Shown piece after piece: positions 35,534-46,728 of a stretch of DNA of 64,000 nucleotides. The notes beneath the pieces are model-generated. The model saw only the letters and a program-made list of their open reading frames with translations. It searched no databases and had not been told where the DNA came from. How positions within the stretch are numbered: position 1 is the first letter of the stretch; every line of letters starts with the position of its first letter. The DNA lies in IMG/VR virus record IMGVR_UViG_3300005537_000001, positions 186,001 to 250,000 of that record. One strand, given 5' to 3'. The translations under genes and the position numbers were made by a program.

Positions 35534-36907
35534 ATGACCACAAAAGGTGCAAATACGATGACTTCAGCCTTATCAGCTGTTCGCCGCATTCTAGCTCGTC
35601 ACTTCTTCGGCTCAGCATTTAAAGAGTTTTCCCTTTACGACAATGTCCGTTCGATTCCTCTTCTCACTGATGGCTTGAAGCCCTCACAGCGAAAGGCGAT
35701 CTATGGAACCTTGGATCGTGGAGAGAACGCTGGCTTGATGACTGTCGAGCGTCTCGCATCACACGTAGCTTCAAAGACTGACTACCACCATGGTGGTGGA
35801 TCTATGCAGTCTACTATTGTAGGACTCGCGAATGACTACCCCGGGTCAAACAACATGAACCTCTTCCTGCCTGAGGGGCAGTTTGGCTCAAGGCTCTCTC
35901 CCGACCCAGCCGCCGCTCGATACATCGAGACGAAATTATCACCGTTCTTCCGCGCCCTGTACCCCAAGCAAGATGACGGAATCCTAGAGCACAACGAAAC
36001 TGATGGTGAGAAGATCGAGCCAAAAAGTTACGCTCCCATTCTCCCAATGTCGCTCATCAATGGAGCTCAAGGCACGGGTACGGGGCACGCGTGTCTCATC
36101 ATGGCGTACAACCCGAACCAAGTTCGAGATGCGGTTCTGAAGGTGCTAGATGGAGGAAAGCTCAAGCCGGGCAAGTTGGTTCCATGGTATAAAGGCTTTG
36201 ACGGAACGATCGAGCGCAATTCAGAAACTGGACAAGTAGTTATCACGGGCAAGCTGGAAGTTGTTAACTCAACTACGATTCGAATCACCGAGCTCCCAAT
36301 CGGAACCTATCTTGACGACTACAAGGCGCATCTCAACAAGCTGGAAGAGGCGCAGTTTCTGAAAGATCATGAGAGCCGATCTACAGAAACTGAGTGGGAT
36401 TTCAACGTAATCGTTCCTCGGTCGACATCTGCTCTTGGCAAAGAAGAATTGTACAAAAAGTTTAAGCTGATCAAGCGGGACACCGAGAACTTCACGCTTT
36501 GGAATGAGCGTGGTACCTTGGAGGATTTCGGGTCAGCTGAAGCAATCATAACCCGCTTTACCGAATGGCGAGTTACCAAGTACGAGGAGCGCCGGTTGCT
36601 GCTCATCAAGGACGTAACTGAAGCCATTCGCTGGCTGAGCGAGAAGCTCCGCTTCATCCTCTTCTACCTTGACCACGTGGATCAATTCAAGAACAAGAAG
36701 AAGGACGATCTGATTGCCCTGCTCCTGAAGAACGATTTCTCCGACTACGATCGCCTGCTGCAGATGCAGATGTGGAACCTAACCCGCGAGAAGATCGAGG
36801 AGCTTAAGTCCGAGATCGGAGATCAGAAAAAGTATCTCTCGTCGCTCAAGGGTGATACGGCGGTCGAAATGTACCGTAGGGAGCTGAAGGAGTTCAAATA
36901 TGGCTGA
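35534..36907 (+). CDS. 52: type IIA DNA topoisomerase breakage-reunion subunit (T4 gp52-like)
   Basis: DGLKPSQRK, YHHG, GQFGSR, AAARYI (catalytic Tyr), ITELP. Confidence 0.95.
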   Translation: MTTKGANTMTSALSAVRRILARHFFGSAFKEFSLYDNVRSIPLLTDGLKPSQRKAIYGTLDRGENAGLMTVERLASHVASKTDYHHGGGSMQSTIVGLANDYPGSNNMNLFLPEGQFGSRLSPDPAAARYIETKLSPFFRALYPKQDDGILEHNETDGEKIEPKSYAPILPMSLINGAQGTGTGHACLIMAYNPNQVRDAVLKVLDGGKLKPGKLVPWYKGFDGTIERNSETGQVVITGKLEVVNSTTIRITELPIGTYLDDYKAHLNKLEEAQFLKDHESRSTETEWDFNVIVPRSTSALGKEELYKKFKLIKRDTENFTLWNERGTLEDFGSAEAIITRFTEWRVTKYEERRLLLIKDVTEAIRWLSEKLRFILFYLDHVDQFKNKKKDDLIALLLKNDFSDYDRLLQMQMWNLTREKIEELKSEIGDQKKYLSSLKGDTAVEMYRRELKEFKYG

Positions 36908-37211
36908 TTCAGCCGATAGACGATCTGAAGGAAAGCGATCATCAAACTGCAGCGCAATGTATTCTCGTCGCCGAAATCGTCGGCTCATAAATGCAGGAAA
37001 ATGCCTTCGTTGTGGATCAGCAACAGTTCAGAACCGACAGATGTGCTATAGGTGCTCAGACGCGCACCACATACCGGCAGTTATCGAAACAAATGCACGT
37101 CGATTTTTCAAGGTGCGGGGAATAACTCGTGAAAATCTTAAAACCGTTGAAGGTAAGAAATATGCCCTTCAACATATCACCGATTTATTTACGCGAGGTA
37201 AACATGTCTGA
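36900..37211 (+). CDS. basic Cys-rich hypothetical protein
   Basis: CLRCG...CYRC. Confidence 0.5.
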   Translation: MADSADRRSEGKRSSNCSAMYSRRRNRRLINAGKCLRCGSATVQNRQMCYRCSDAHHIPAVIETNARRFFKVRGITRENLKTVEGKKYALQHITDLFTRGKHV

Positions 37212-37365
37212 GATGAAGTGGTTTGCCATCATGGTCATCGGCATTGCGATGAGCGGGGCTGTGGCAGGGATTACGATAAAGCGCTCGCACACGCAGTGCA
37301 TCATCGCCGTCGTTCAAGCTAACAGTAGCATATCGCCGGACGTGGCAAGCAAGCTGTGCGAGTAG
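37204..37365 (+). CDS. small membrane protein
   Basis: GAGG RBS; one TM segment. Confidence 0.55.
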   Translation: MSEMKWFAIMVIGIAMSGAVAGITIKRSHTQCIIAVVQANSSISPDVASKLCE

Positions 37366-37374
37366 GAGAAGCTT

Positions 37375-37710
37375 ATGACAGCATATGCTAGCGTTATCAT
37401 AGAAGAACTTCAAAAGATTCTTGGTTACCCTGGTCGCATGCTGAGCGGATCGAAGAGCGGATACTCCGAGAAGCACCCCACCCACAAGGTCGTCTTAAAC
37501 GGTAACATCTGCACAAAATCCCATGGCAAAATTTGGTATGGAGACATTGACATTACCAGGGATGAGGAAAAGCTGAAGGCCGTCAGCGCCGCGCTTGAGG
37601 ATGACCTATTCATCCTCCGCGAGATGGATGCTCGTTTTGAAAACGAGGCGGCTCCCCGCCTCGATCGTGCTGTCGCAATCGTAACCCCCGTGGAGATAAT
37701 TTACTCATGA
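37375..37710 (+). CDS. hypothetical protein
   Basis: AGGAG RBS. Confidence 0.7.
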   Translation: MTAYASVIIEELQKILGYPGRMLSGSKSGYSEKHPTHKVVLNGNICTKSHGKIWYGDIDITRDEEKLKAVSAALEDDLFILREMDARFENEAAPRLDRAVAIVTPVEIIYS

Positions 37711-38108
37711 TTACCATTGACTGTGGCGTTCGCGTGGTCGAGTTCGAAAAGAACATGCAGCTTGATGAATATGTCACCCTTCCAAGCAAGGCGGCCCTCA
37801 ACCTTGATGGAACCTTTACGTTTGCTTATGACTACCCGCTCTCCAAGGAAGCCCGCTTCGAACACCGCGTATCTCCCGACATGTCGGCGCTCGATATCCT
37901 CACGATCGCGCGGGCTGACTATGAGCGCATCTACCAGGAGGAAGATGAGGACGTCGGTCGATCGACTGGAATGATTCCGGGAATGCTCAACCGCCAGCGA
38001 TCTGACGGTCGCTGGGGTATCTGGGGTCACGTCATCGATGATCTCTTTTTCGAAGCCATCCAAATCAACGACGTCAAGAACACCATCGAGTTCGGAATCG
38101 GTAGCTAG
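37707..38108 (+). CDS. hypothetical protein
   Basis: ATGA-coupled. Confidence 0.7.
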   Translation: MITIDCGVRVVEFEKNMQLDEYVTLPSKAALNLDGTFTFAYDYPLSKEARFEHRVSPDMSALDILTIARADYERIYQEEDEDVGRSTGMIPGMLNRQRSDGRWGIWGHVIDDLFFEAIQINDVKNTIEFGIGS

Positions 38109-38111
38109 AAC

Positions 38112-38546
38112 ATGAAGCTACCACCCGACCTAATCAAGAGGCTTGCTCCAACAATTCCGAAAGGATACCGCCTCACCGTCGTTTCATGGGAAAATGATGG
38201 CGATAACTACAACACCAAAATCAAAAGTGGACTGACGAAAGAGTACGCCTTGTTCTTCGTTGATCTTTGCAAGGCTGTCGACCACGACAGTGAGATTGCT
38301 AATCTCTACGAACCATCCGATGAGGAGGTAGGAGACGCTCACCGGGTGTTGAGAGATGTGATGATCAAGCACAGGAAGGCTGATGAGAATGAACCTCTTG
38401 ACGAGGTTGGTGATTCGGCGATGGAATACCTGTATGATCTTGGGCTCTGTCACGGAGAATTCTTTACCCGCGTCTGCGAGTCATTCAAGGTCGAGTTAGT
38501 TCCCGAAGACGTGCACTTTGAGGACGTCACCAAGGATTTCACGTGA
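38112..38546 (+). CDS. hypothetical protein
   Basis: In operon. Confidence 0.7.
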   Translation: MKLPPDLIKRLAPTIPKGYRLTVVSWENDGDNYNTKIKSGLTKEYALFFVDLCKAVDHDSEIANLYEPSDEEVGDAHRVLRDVMIKHRKADENEPLDEVGDSAMEYLYDLGLCHGEFFTRVCESFKVELVPEDVHFEDVTKDFT

Positions 38547-39580
38547 GCTTTGAGACCAAAAATGCCGGATACGAAGTAAGCGTTAGCTACACCGAGGTTG
38601 GTGATCTCACCTACTCGCGGTGGAAGCTGGAGCAGGCTCCAGGAAACTACGAGCAGCTTATGTTTACGGCCAAGAACGTCCGTGAAGCATTCTCGCTGTT
38701 GTGCGAGCACTTCAAGCTCAAGTGGTATAAAGATGCAACTGGAACGGCGCATGGGTACAACAAGCACATCTTCTTGACCCACGGAAGTCACCTAGCGATT
38801 CAGTTTCATGAAAGTAAAGCTGCACAGGTGGCTGCAATCTTAGCGACCATTCCAAGGGCGAAGCCGGAATCATCAATCAAGTGGTGGTACATGGGCGTAA
38901 AGGAACCAGAGGGCATAACGATGCCCCTTGAAGGTTTTAGTCCAACTGATGAATTCTATCCCTGGATGTCAAAATCAATCGCAACATTCGCGCGGGAATA
39001 TTCTGAATCATCGGCAAACGTGCTGCTCCTGCTGGGACAACCCGGAACCGGTAAGACCTCGTTCATCCGCGGGCTCATCAGGGAAATGAGCTACGAGACG
39101 TGGGTGACGTATGATTCGAAGGTTCAGCAGAACGAGCAGTTCTATATTCAATTTACAGCGATCGCGAGAAACGCGGATATCCCCGCTAGTCTCCCTGAAG
39201 AGCTGCGCGACGGTTCAAAGCGCGATGATGGTCGCTGCCTGGTGCTGGAGGATGCCGATGAGATGCTCTCCAAGCGAACCGAGGGCAACAAGATCATGAA
39301 CCGCCTGCTGAACCTTTCAGACGGTCTTGTCTCGCTGCCGGCCCGCAAGATCATCTTCTCAACCAACCTCCCTGGGTTGAAATCAGTTGATGAAGCCCTC
39401 CTTCGCCCTGGTCGCTGCTTCGCTGCGATTAAGTTCAGAGATCTAACACGCGCGGAAGCTCAGCGCGCTTGCCGCAGCGTCGGCATCGACCGCGCGATCA
39501 CGAAGGAAAAATTAACTCTTTCGGAAGCTCTCAATGGCCATCAGGAGATGAACATTGGAATTCAACACATTGGTTTTTAG
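38543..39580 (+). CDS. AAA ATPase (classical AAA clade)
   Basis: GQPGTGKT, LVLEDAD, LLNLSDG, DEALLRPGRCF. Confidence 0.85.
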   Translation: MSFETKNAGYEVSVSYTEVGDLTYSRWKLEQAPGNYEQLMFTAKNVREAFSLLCEHFKLKWYKDATGTAHGYNKHIFLTHGSHLAIQFHESKAAQVAAILATIPRAKPESSIKWWYMGVKEPEGITMPLEGFSPTDEFYPWMSKSIATFAREYSESSANVLLLLGQPGTGKTSFIRGLIREMSYETWVTYDSKVQQNEQFYIQFTAIARNADIPASLPEELRDGSKRDDGRCLVLEDADEMLSKRTEGNKIMNRLLNLSDGLVSLPARKIIFSTNLPGLKSVDEALLRPGRCFAAIKFRDLTRAEAQRACRSVGIDRAITKEKLTLSEALNGHQEMNIGIQHIGF

Positions 39581-39591
39581 GAGAACATGAA

Positions 39592-39783
39592 ATGATTGCA
39601 AATTCACCAAGTCGAATCGCGAAGCGCCGCAAGGGTGCCCTCGAGCGTCGAACGAAGGATCTCAAGAAGTGGGAAGGCAAGCTTGGAGCTGATGCTGACA
39701 ACAAGGAGCTAAAAGCTAAGGTTGAAATAGCGAAGGCCGAAGTCACAACGCTTAACAAGAAAGTTGGAAGCGTCTTTTCGTGA
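39592..39783 (+). CDS. small basic coiled-coil protein
   Basis: GGAG RBS; start moved to 39592. Confidence 0.55.
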   Translation: MIANSPSRIAKRRKGALERRTKDLKKWEGKLGADADNKELKAKVEIAKAEVTTLNKKVGSVFS

Positions 39784-40025
39784 AGCCAAGCCGACAAGCT
39801 CAAGGCGCGATCGACGCCCTGGTGCGGGCTGTTGAAGGCAAGGGCGACGTAAGGTACTTCAAGGCGGCCCTTGAAAAGTACGTCCTTGGTCTGGAGCGCA
39901 GCCTGGTGGCCGCCCAAGTTAGCCAAGCTTACTCGGCCGCGGTCTCGGCAAAGCGGCAGAGAGCGGCACGAGCTGGTCAAGAAAATCATGAGGCGCACAT
40001 CGCCATCTTAACTAGGAAGAAATAA
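39780..40025 (+). CDS. hypothetical protein
   Basis: GTGA-coupled. Confidence 0.55.
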   Translation: MKPSRQAQGAIDALVRAVEGKGDVRYFKAALEKYVLGLERSLVAAQVSQAYSAAVSAKRQRAARAGQENHEAHIAILTRKK

Positions 40026-40231
40026 TGTCAAAGAAAACCGTAGCGTATGAAGCTCGCCTAACCGAAATTATGGTTGGAATCGGTGTCTTCGTAAAACCGA
40101 TTGACCATCCGGATTCTGAAAATGTATCCAACAAGAAGTTCGTGTACACGAGCAACGTAGTCAAGGATCTCGGCGATGGAGTGTTTGAAACACAGAACAC
40201 TATCTACGTGCCGTCTCGGGAGCTGAATTGA
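40025..40231 (+). CDS. hypothetical protein
   Basis: TAATG-coupled. Confidence 0.6.
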   Translation: MSKKTVAYEARLTEIMVGIGVFVKPIDHPDSENVSNKKFVYTSNVVKDLGDGVFETQNTIYVPSRELN

Positions 40232-40623
40232 AGATGAAGCCGAGTGACTTGGGCTATTTGATCGCGCCTTGCCTGCTGGTAGCTAACGCGCTGACGCACA
40301 GCTTTATCTTCATCTTCGCGTATGGAGCGCTGCTGGTACTCGCCCTCGTCATGTCGGTGTTTATGTTTCTGTTCTACGGGTTCATGCGCTCGCACCAGCC
40401 AAAAGAGTACAAAAAGCTAATCGTGAAGATTTCAGCTGAATACGGGGCGCAGCGGAAAAGATCAGTCTTGACTCTCATCGCGTCGATCATCACTGCATTT
40501 GCCGGTGGTCTTTACATGGTTGATCAGGGATTTTTCACGATGGCAGCGCTCGTCATCGCGGTTGCGGTGCTGTCGCAGTTGTTTTTGTGGATGATTAGGA
40601 AGGACGTCAAGGCGTTATCATGA
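40228..40623 (+). CDS. membrane protein (about 4 TM)
   Basis: Hydrophobic segments. Confidence 0.7.
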   Translation: MKMKPSDLGYLIAPCLLVANALTHSFIFIFAYGALLVLALVMSVFMFLFYGFMRSHQPKEYKKLIVKISAEYGAQRKRSVLTLIASIITAFAGGLYMVDQGFFTMAALVIAVAVLSQLFLWMIRKDVKALS

Positions 40624-40928
40624 GTTGGGCTGATAACTACGTCAGGAAACTTCTAGATGGAGAGAAGATGCAATTCCGTCCACGAGGTAACTCGATGGCA
40701 CCTTTCATAGAGTCAGGTGAACTTGTTACGGTCGTTCCCGCGACCAATGGCATGATCAAGATTGGTGACATAGTGCTGTGCAGGGTGAAGGGCAACCAGT
40801 ATCTCCACCTCGTGAAGGCGATTGACGAGACTAAGGAGCGGTATCAGGTTGGAAACAACCGCGGTGGGATAAACGGCTGGGCTCAAGGTGGCAACATTTA
40901 CGGTCGAGTGACCAAGGTGGAAGCATGA
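40620..40928 (+). CDS. S24/S26 peptidase-like protein
   Basis: RGNSMAPFI..G, GDIVLC...YLHLVK. Confidence 0.7.
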   Translation: MSWADNYVRKLLDGEKMQFRPRGNSMAPFIESGELVTVVPATNGMIKIGDIVLCRVKGNQYLHLVKAIDETKERYQVGNNRGGINGWAQGGNIYGRVTKVEA

Positions 40929-42515
40929 CGGTTAAAATGACGGCGGCTCAGAAGGAACACTACGAGAAAGTGATGAAGGAGCTCAGCGATGATCTCACCA
41001 AGCTGCAGCTCAAGTACGACAGCAAGTATCTTGCCGTCGCCCTCCTAACCAAGGCGGTTTGGCTGATGCAGCTGCTGCAGGCGGCAAAAGTTTGGTCTCA
41101 AGATGAGGTCAGCGTTATCGTTCAAGCCGCGTTCGCGGACGTGCATGAAGTCGTCAAATCACCAACGATCATGACGATTGACCCGAGCAATCCAACTCCG
41201 CAGCCACGAGCGAGCTGATGTCACAGTGGAACAAGAAGGATGTGGATGGTTGCGTTAATGGCGTCGAATTTCATGGGCCTCACCATGAGGATGGCTGCCT
41301 AGAGGATATTGGGAGCAAGCTTACAGACATGCTCCTTCGTCCGATAAATGTTGGCGATACCGTAGCCCGCGCCACCACGTATGGGAGATCCGCTTTTATC
41401 GAGATACGAAAGGTCACTAGAATAGATGGCGGAAAGATCTACCTCGGTGAAAGCAAGGTTGCGATCAAGTACCCAAGCCGGCTGCTCGTCATCACGTCGC
41501 TGCGACAGAAAGGATAGGTGAATGCCGAAGCTCGAAATCAAAACTATCTCAGAGGTTGACGTCGACGTGGCGATGCTGGCAAGATGCTTCGCCCACATGA
41601 ACGATGAAGATCAAGCTCAATTCTTCATCGAGGTCGCTAAGATTGGAGAGACCTGGGGAAACCTTGGTGGAGAACAGCAGTGGTGGTTTATCGGCCGCCA
41701 CCTGAGTACGTGTGAGTGTTCAACTGATTCGGCACGTGATATGATACGCTCTATAGCAGACGCGATCAACTACAAGCAGGTTAAGGCGGCATGAGCGATA
41801 AACCAATTACCGACGACGAGATGCTGGCGCGGCTGGATGCCAAGTTTCTGTACGTCCTCAAGCACGTGAAGCATCCGGCTGACCACTACCCGCGCGACAC
41901 GTACACCGTAATCTTCGAGGAAGGTGACAAGATAAAGATTGGCGACATCACTAGTCCATTCTACCACCTTCACGGCATCGACACGTACGCAACGTGGAAT
42001 GGGCGGCGGCACTGGTTTAAATCGGGTCTGATCGCCGATGAGATGCCAGATCGATATCTTGAACACATGCAGACCATGTTTGACGGTCATCTTCCAATGG
42101 AAGATGGCAAGTATCTGGTTCTCTTGGATACGTCAAAGCTTGAATTATCACGCTGAGGAGAAGCACGGTGAAGGAAAGAATCAACGCGGTTGGTAGCAGC
42201 ATTCCAGAACGATTCGCGCTCTCAGCCATAGCGCAAGTCATCGAAAATAAGGGCGTCTTTGACGCAAAATTCAAGGGCAACGCGGCTGACGGGGTTGAGG
42301 TTGAGCTTATCGTAAATGGAGTTTCACTCTCCTTTACGGACGTCATCAACGACTGGTATCAGCGGATTAACTCAAGGCGCGAGTATGAGGTTCGCCAGGC
42401 CGCCATGAAGATGGTTAGTGAAGCTGGGCTAGACCAAGTCGCTGGCGCGCTTCGGCACGCGGAGCTCGCGATCACCCACGCCATTGAGCAAGTAACGTAC
42501 AGCGCTGAACGATAA
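40925..42515 (+). other. run of five hypothetical CDS (40925-41218, 41218-41517, 41522-41794, 41791-42156, 42168-42515)
   Basis: Tightly coupled plus-strand ORFs with no recognisable motifs. Confidence 0.65.
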
Positions 42516-42569
42516 CCTGATAAATATTGGCAGAGACGCGCTAAGCAGCCGCTTTGCATAGGAAGAAAA

Positions 42570-43529
42570 ATGAATGACAAGAAGCTAGGTGCCATCTACG
42601 GCGCCCTTATCGGCGACGCCACTGGCTGTCCCTACGAATTCAACAGCCCTGAAAAGCTACCCCATCCCGACGAGATCGACATGTTTCCTCCGTCATGGTG
42701 GGAGTGCGCGTATCCCAACGTAAAGCTTGGGACCTACACCGACGATGGAGCTCAAACCCTCTGCCTGCTCGAGTCCCTCATCGAGGGAGGAGACCTCATC
42801 ACGGTGCTTCGAACGAAGCTGCAGAAGTGGCTGCACGAAGGCTACATGGCGGTTGACAGCTACGTGTTCGACGTGGGTAGCCAAACTCGCGCCGCGCTGC
42901 TAACGAAAGATCACACGAAGGTCTTTGCCGAAGAAGCTTCAAACGGTAACGGCGCGCTGATGCGCTGCATTCCTGTCGCGGTAATGGCTCAGTCAGAAGA
43001 TTACGCGATCACCATCGCGATGGAACAAGCCAAGGCTACCCACCCCCACATGTGGTCCCAGCTGACGTGCGCGGCATATGCCCTCATCGGATATTGGATG
43101 ATACGCGGTCACAAGATCACGATATCCGATTGCGTTGGGGCTCCAGTGGAGCAGGTGGTCAGCGACGCTGAATCGCTCATCATTCCAGCCTTCAGCCTGC
43201 TGCAGCGCAAGTTCCCAGAACATCGTCAGCACCTCGCATACATCTATAACTACCGCTATACCGAACCAACCGGCACCGGCTTCGTCGTTGATGCCTTCTG
43301 GTCGGCGCTCTTCGCGCTTCGAGTCGGTGATACGTATGAGAAGGTGATAAAGAGAGCCATCGAGCTTGGGCACGATACCGATACTACCGCGTGCATCGCC
43401 GGCGGGTTGGCAGGCATCAAGTTTGGAATGGCAGGAATACCGCGAAGGTGGATTGATGGACTGCGCGGTAGGGAGCTAATCGATTCGCTAGCGGCACGTG
43501 CGTCCCTCGGAGTAGAGGTCAACGAGTAG
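42570..43529 (+). CDS. ADP-ribosylglycohydrolase (DraG/ARH family)
   Basis: GALIGDATG, GTYTDDG, SNGNGALMR, TH, GHDTDTTACIAGGLAG. Confidence 0.92.
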   Translation: MNDKKLGAIYGALIGDATGCPYEFNSPEKLPHPDEIDMFPPSWWECAYPNVKLGTYTDDGAQTLCLLESLIEGGDLITVLRTKLQKWLHEGYMAVDSYVFDVGSQTRAALLTKDHTKVFAEEASNGNGALMRCIPVAVMAQSEDYAITIAMEQAKATHPHMWSQLTCAAYALIGYWMIRGHKITISDCVGAPVEQVVSDAESLIIPAFSLLQRKFPEHRQHLAYIYNYRYTEPTGTGFVVDAFWSALFALRVGDTYEKVIKRAIELGHDTDTTACIAGGLAGIKFGMAGIPRRWIDGLRGRELIDSLAARASLGVEVNE

Positions 43530-43546
43530 GACGGGGAATTTCAGTC

Positions 43547-43846
43547 ATGATGTACATACTTACCCAAGAAGAGTTCAACGCTCTCACCGCGAAGAAAGAT
43601 AGCGTTAAATTGGAAAACACGAAGAAGCTGCAGCAGCTGTGCACGAAGATAGCAAATGAAATGCCAATCAGTCGATCTTGGAATCCAAAGGATGAGCCAA
43701 AACCGTGGGGCTGCATCTTGAACGTTAAAAGCGGCCGGCACATGAAAGAAAGCTATGAGCCAAAGGAAGGGAGAAATCCTGGGTACTGTGACGAATGTCC
43801 AGTTGAAACTATCTGTCCGTATCCCTACAAGGAGCACAGTCAATGA
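43547..43846 (+). CDS. Cys-rich hypothetical protein
   Basis: GYCDECP...CP. Confidence 0.6.
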   Translation: MMYILTQEEFNALTAKKDSVKLENTKKLQQLCTKIANEMPISRSWNPKDEPKPWGCILNVKSGRHMKESYEPKEGRNPGYCDECPVETICPYPYKEHSQ

Positions 43847-44067
43847 ACGCGCGGTTCGACTATCACGGTTGGAAGCTGCACGAAGCTCTATCAGACATCG
43901 AGCGACATGTCAGCGCAGTCCGTGAGAAGAGGGAGTGCAGGGACGTCGAGCTCATCACGGGTCATGGCATAATACAGCAGGAAGCCATCAGGCTGTTGAA
44001 ATCCTACGGGCTTAATCCGACGATCAAGCTTGGCAACAGCGGAATTATCGTATGCGAGATCGAGTAA
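43843..44067 (+). CDS. stand-alone Smr-like domain protein
   Basis: DYHG...EA...VELITGHG...GNSG. Confidence 0.7.
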   Translation: MNARFDYHGWKLHEALSDIERHVSAVREKRECRDVELITGHGIIQQEAIRLLKSYGLNPTIKLGNSGIIVCEIE

Positions 44068-44068
44068 C

Positions 44069-45779
44069 ATGAGCAAGACGCTGCTTGAACGATTGGAGAC
44101 TGTTGGTCCACTCTGTGCCGAAGCGGCCAAACACGTGCGAACGTTGGAATCGTATCTTGCTAGAACAGGTGCTGATTTCTTTATCGAAACTAAACCGACC
44201 GACGAGGAACTAGCTGAAGCTATCAGATGCGCCGCCGCCCATGGAGAAAAGCTGATAGCCGAGCTGAATCGACGAAAGGGATACACGACCCACTCGGCAG
44301 GTTCACTCGACAAGAACTGCATCTGCTACGGTAACTGGAGAAAGATAGTAGCCGATACTGAACACCTGCTGGACAAGGAGTTCGTTCGCGACTACGATGG
44401 TAAGATATACAGCTTCACCGGCGTGATGCACGGCTCGGATGATTTCTACTACGTAATGTGGAGCAAAGAGCGTACCATCTTCAGTTCTTGCGTTGGATCG
44501 CTCGAGACGAACGGTTTCACGCCGCTGGTGGTGGGCGGGTGAGCGTAGCCTACCTCATCACCGAATATTGGTACGACGCTCTCGAGAATCGCAACTTCGA
44601 GGGCTACAGCTCCATCGGCATCATCTATGACAAGGCAGAGGCTGAAGCCTTCGTCAAGGCGGGTGGAGAGGTACCAGGAGACGGCATCCTTATCTACCCG
44701 TTGCTACCTAACGGTTGCTCGGATTTCAGCAAGCAACCGACATTAGGTCGTCAGATGAACGCGCGTTATCACGCGCACGAACTGCCGATCATCAATTAAC
44801 CGCGCGGTGAATCATGAGCAACAAGCTTACGAAGGAAGAACGCATCGAGTGCCTGCAGCTCCTCATCGACAACATCGATAAGCATGACCGCAACATGGTT
44901 CTCTACGTCGAGAAGGTCGCGTATGAGCTAGCGATAGTTGAAAACAAGATGGTTGGCATGAGCGAGTTAGAGATGCGCAAGTTTCTCGGGCTCTATTACG
45001 AGGGACGTGAGAAGGACTACGACGCTGGCATCTATTATGAATCTGAGCAGTTCGATCACTACACCATCTACGAAAATGGGCAAGTCAAGGATGAGAGCTT
45101 TAACCAAGTTATGGATGGCTCGTCGATTCGGGTTTCACTGGTAGACGGCAAGGTGTACAAGGTTGGGCTTGGTGCTGGTCGATTGATATACGCGAGAGAC
45201 AAGGTACCCAAGGAGCTGCTACCGTGACCGAAGCTCAGTCATACGTCACTCCCTGGGTAACCGGTCATCGAATCGACTGCTCCATCCAGTCGCTGAGCCG
45301 CTACGCTAAAGCGCGCTGCAGCTGCTACGAGTTGAACAGCACGTGTCAGACATGTGGCCGCCGCCTTAATCCAGCTGACGCGACCGAAGGTAATCCAACT
45401 TGCGAGGGTCATGCGCGTGAAGCCTAACCGAATTCGCATCATGAACACAACCACGCTTGAGCACAACGGTGATCAGTGCATGGTCATCCGCATCGACATG
45501 GATGGCAGCTGCTCCGTCGGTTCAATCGAGCCTGGAGAAAGCTTCGAGATGAACCTGCCATATGGCAGCACTCTAACGGTTCGTGAGAGCGTCTCAGCAA
45601 TCCACACGAAGGGTCAACGGGTAACTGAGAATGGAATAACGAGAGCGCTGTATCCTACAAGGGAGCGACAGCCAAACGCGCCGCTCACCGACCCACACCC
45701 CTTCACTCCGCTGTTTGTTAACTGTCTAATCTGCAAGTTGTGCGGCAACGGACCAAACGTGGCGTTCCATAATGTTTAG
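44069..45779 (+). other. run of hypothetical CDS (44069-44542, 44539-44799, 44814-45227, 45224-45427, 45411-45779)
   Basis: Coupled plus-strand ORFs. Confidence 0.6.
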
Positions 45780-46728
45780 ATCAGACGCCCACAAGATTCT
45801 CGGCACCACCGACCAGATGTCCGATGAGGAGATCAAGAAGCGCTACCAGAAGCTGCGCTCGCTCTACCATCCCGACAAGAACCCTGGCAATGAAGCGGAA
45901 TCGAAGAAGAAGTTTGAGGCGGTGCAGGAAGCGAAGGACGTGCTGGACGGTAAGGTTAAGCAGCCACCTCCTAACTCCGGCTTTAGGCAGCAGCCCGGCG
46001 GCTTCAGCACGCACTACGTCAATCCAGAGGATCTCGCCGAGTTCCTCAAGAACTTCCAGCAGGCCTTCCACCCTGGGCCGGACAACCGACCGCGCCCAGA
46101 CAAGATAGACGACTACCAAGACAGCTGGGGTTCATCTGGCCCAGGAGCCCGCTCCCACGGTCCACAGGTACAGCAGCTGAACGCGGTCATCGTTATCTCC
46201 CTTGAGGAGGCCTTCAACGGCTGCACCAAGGAGATCAACATCCCAGTTCCAGGTGCCCTCGCGGCGCAGGAACCCCACAAGGTAGTCATACCGCGGGGCG
46301 CGTCAGAGTCGGACGTCGTCGCGGTAATCGAGAAGCCGACCCTCACAATCCGCTGCTTCATCCGTATCGCCCCGTCGGAGTACAAGGTGCAGTTCGCAAG
46401 CCCATTCAACGTCAATGGAGCTGGCAACGTCATCCGCGAGCAGAAGGTATCGCCCTTCCTGATGATGACAGGTGGCTTCATGGAGGTCAAGACCCTCGAC
46501 GGTACCATCAACGTGCGGGTGCCCGAAGGTCTTGAGGCAAACATGATGCTCAAGGTGCAGGGCAAGGGCTACTGGAAAGGATTCAGATCTACCGAGCGCG
46601 GCGACATGTTTCTACGAATGGTACCCGACATCAAGCCGATCAAGGACATACCGCTCGCCGAATACGCGCGGTTCACCCAGGTGGTAGACGAGTACCGCAA
46701 GGGACAGAAGGTGGATGAAAAGGTATGA
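45772..46728 (+). CDS. dnaJ: DnaJ-class co-chaperone (J domain, G/F-like linker, C-terminal domain, no Zn finger)
   Basis: IKKRYQKL...YHPDKNPG, ISLEEAFNG, VKTLDG, GKG...GDM. Confidence 0.9.
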   Translation: MFRSDAHKILGTTDQMSDEEIKKRYQKLRSLYHPDKNPGNEAESKKKFEAVQEAKDVLDGKVKQPPPNSGFRQQPGGFSTHYVNPEDLAEFLKNFQQAFHPGPDNRPRPDKIDDYQDSWGSSGPGARSHGPQVQQLNAVIVISLEEAFNGCTKEINIPVPGALAAQEPHKVVIPRGASESDVVAVIEKPTLTIRCFIRIAPSEYKVQFASPFNVNGAGNVIREQKVSPFLMMTGGFMEVKTLDGTINVRVPEGLEANMMLKVQGKGYWKGFRSTERGDMFLRMVPDIKPIKDIPLAEYARFTQVVDEYRKGQKVDEKV

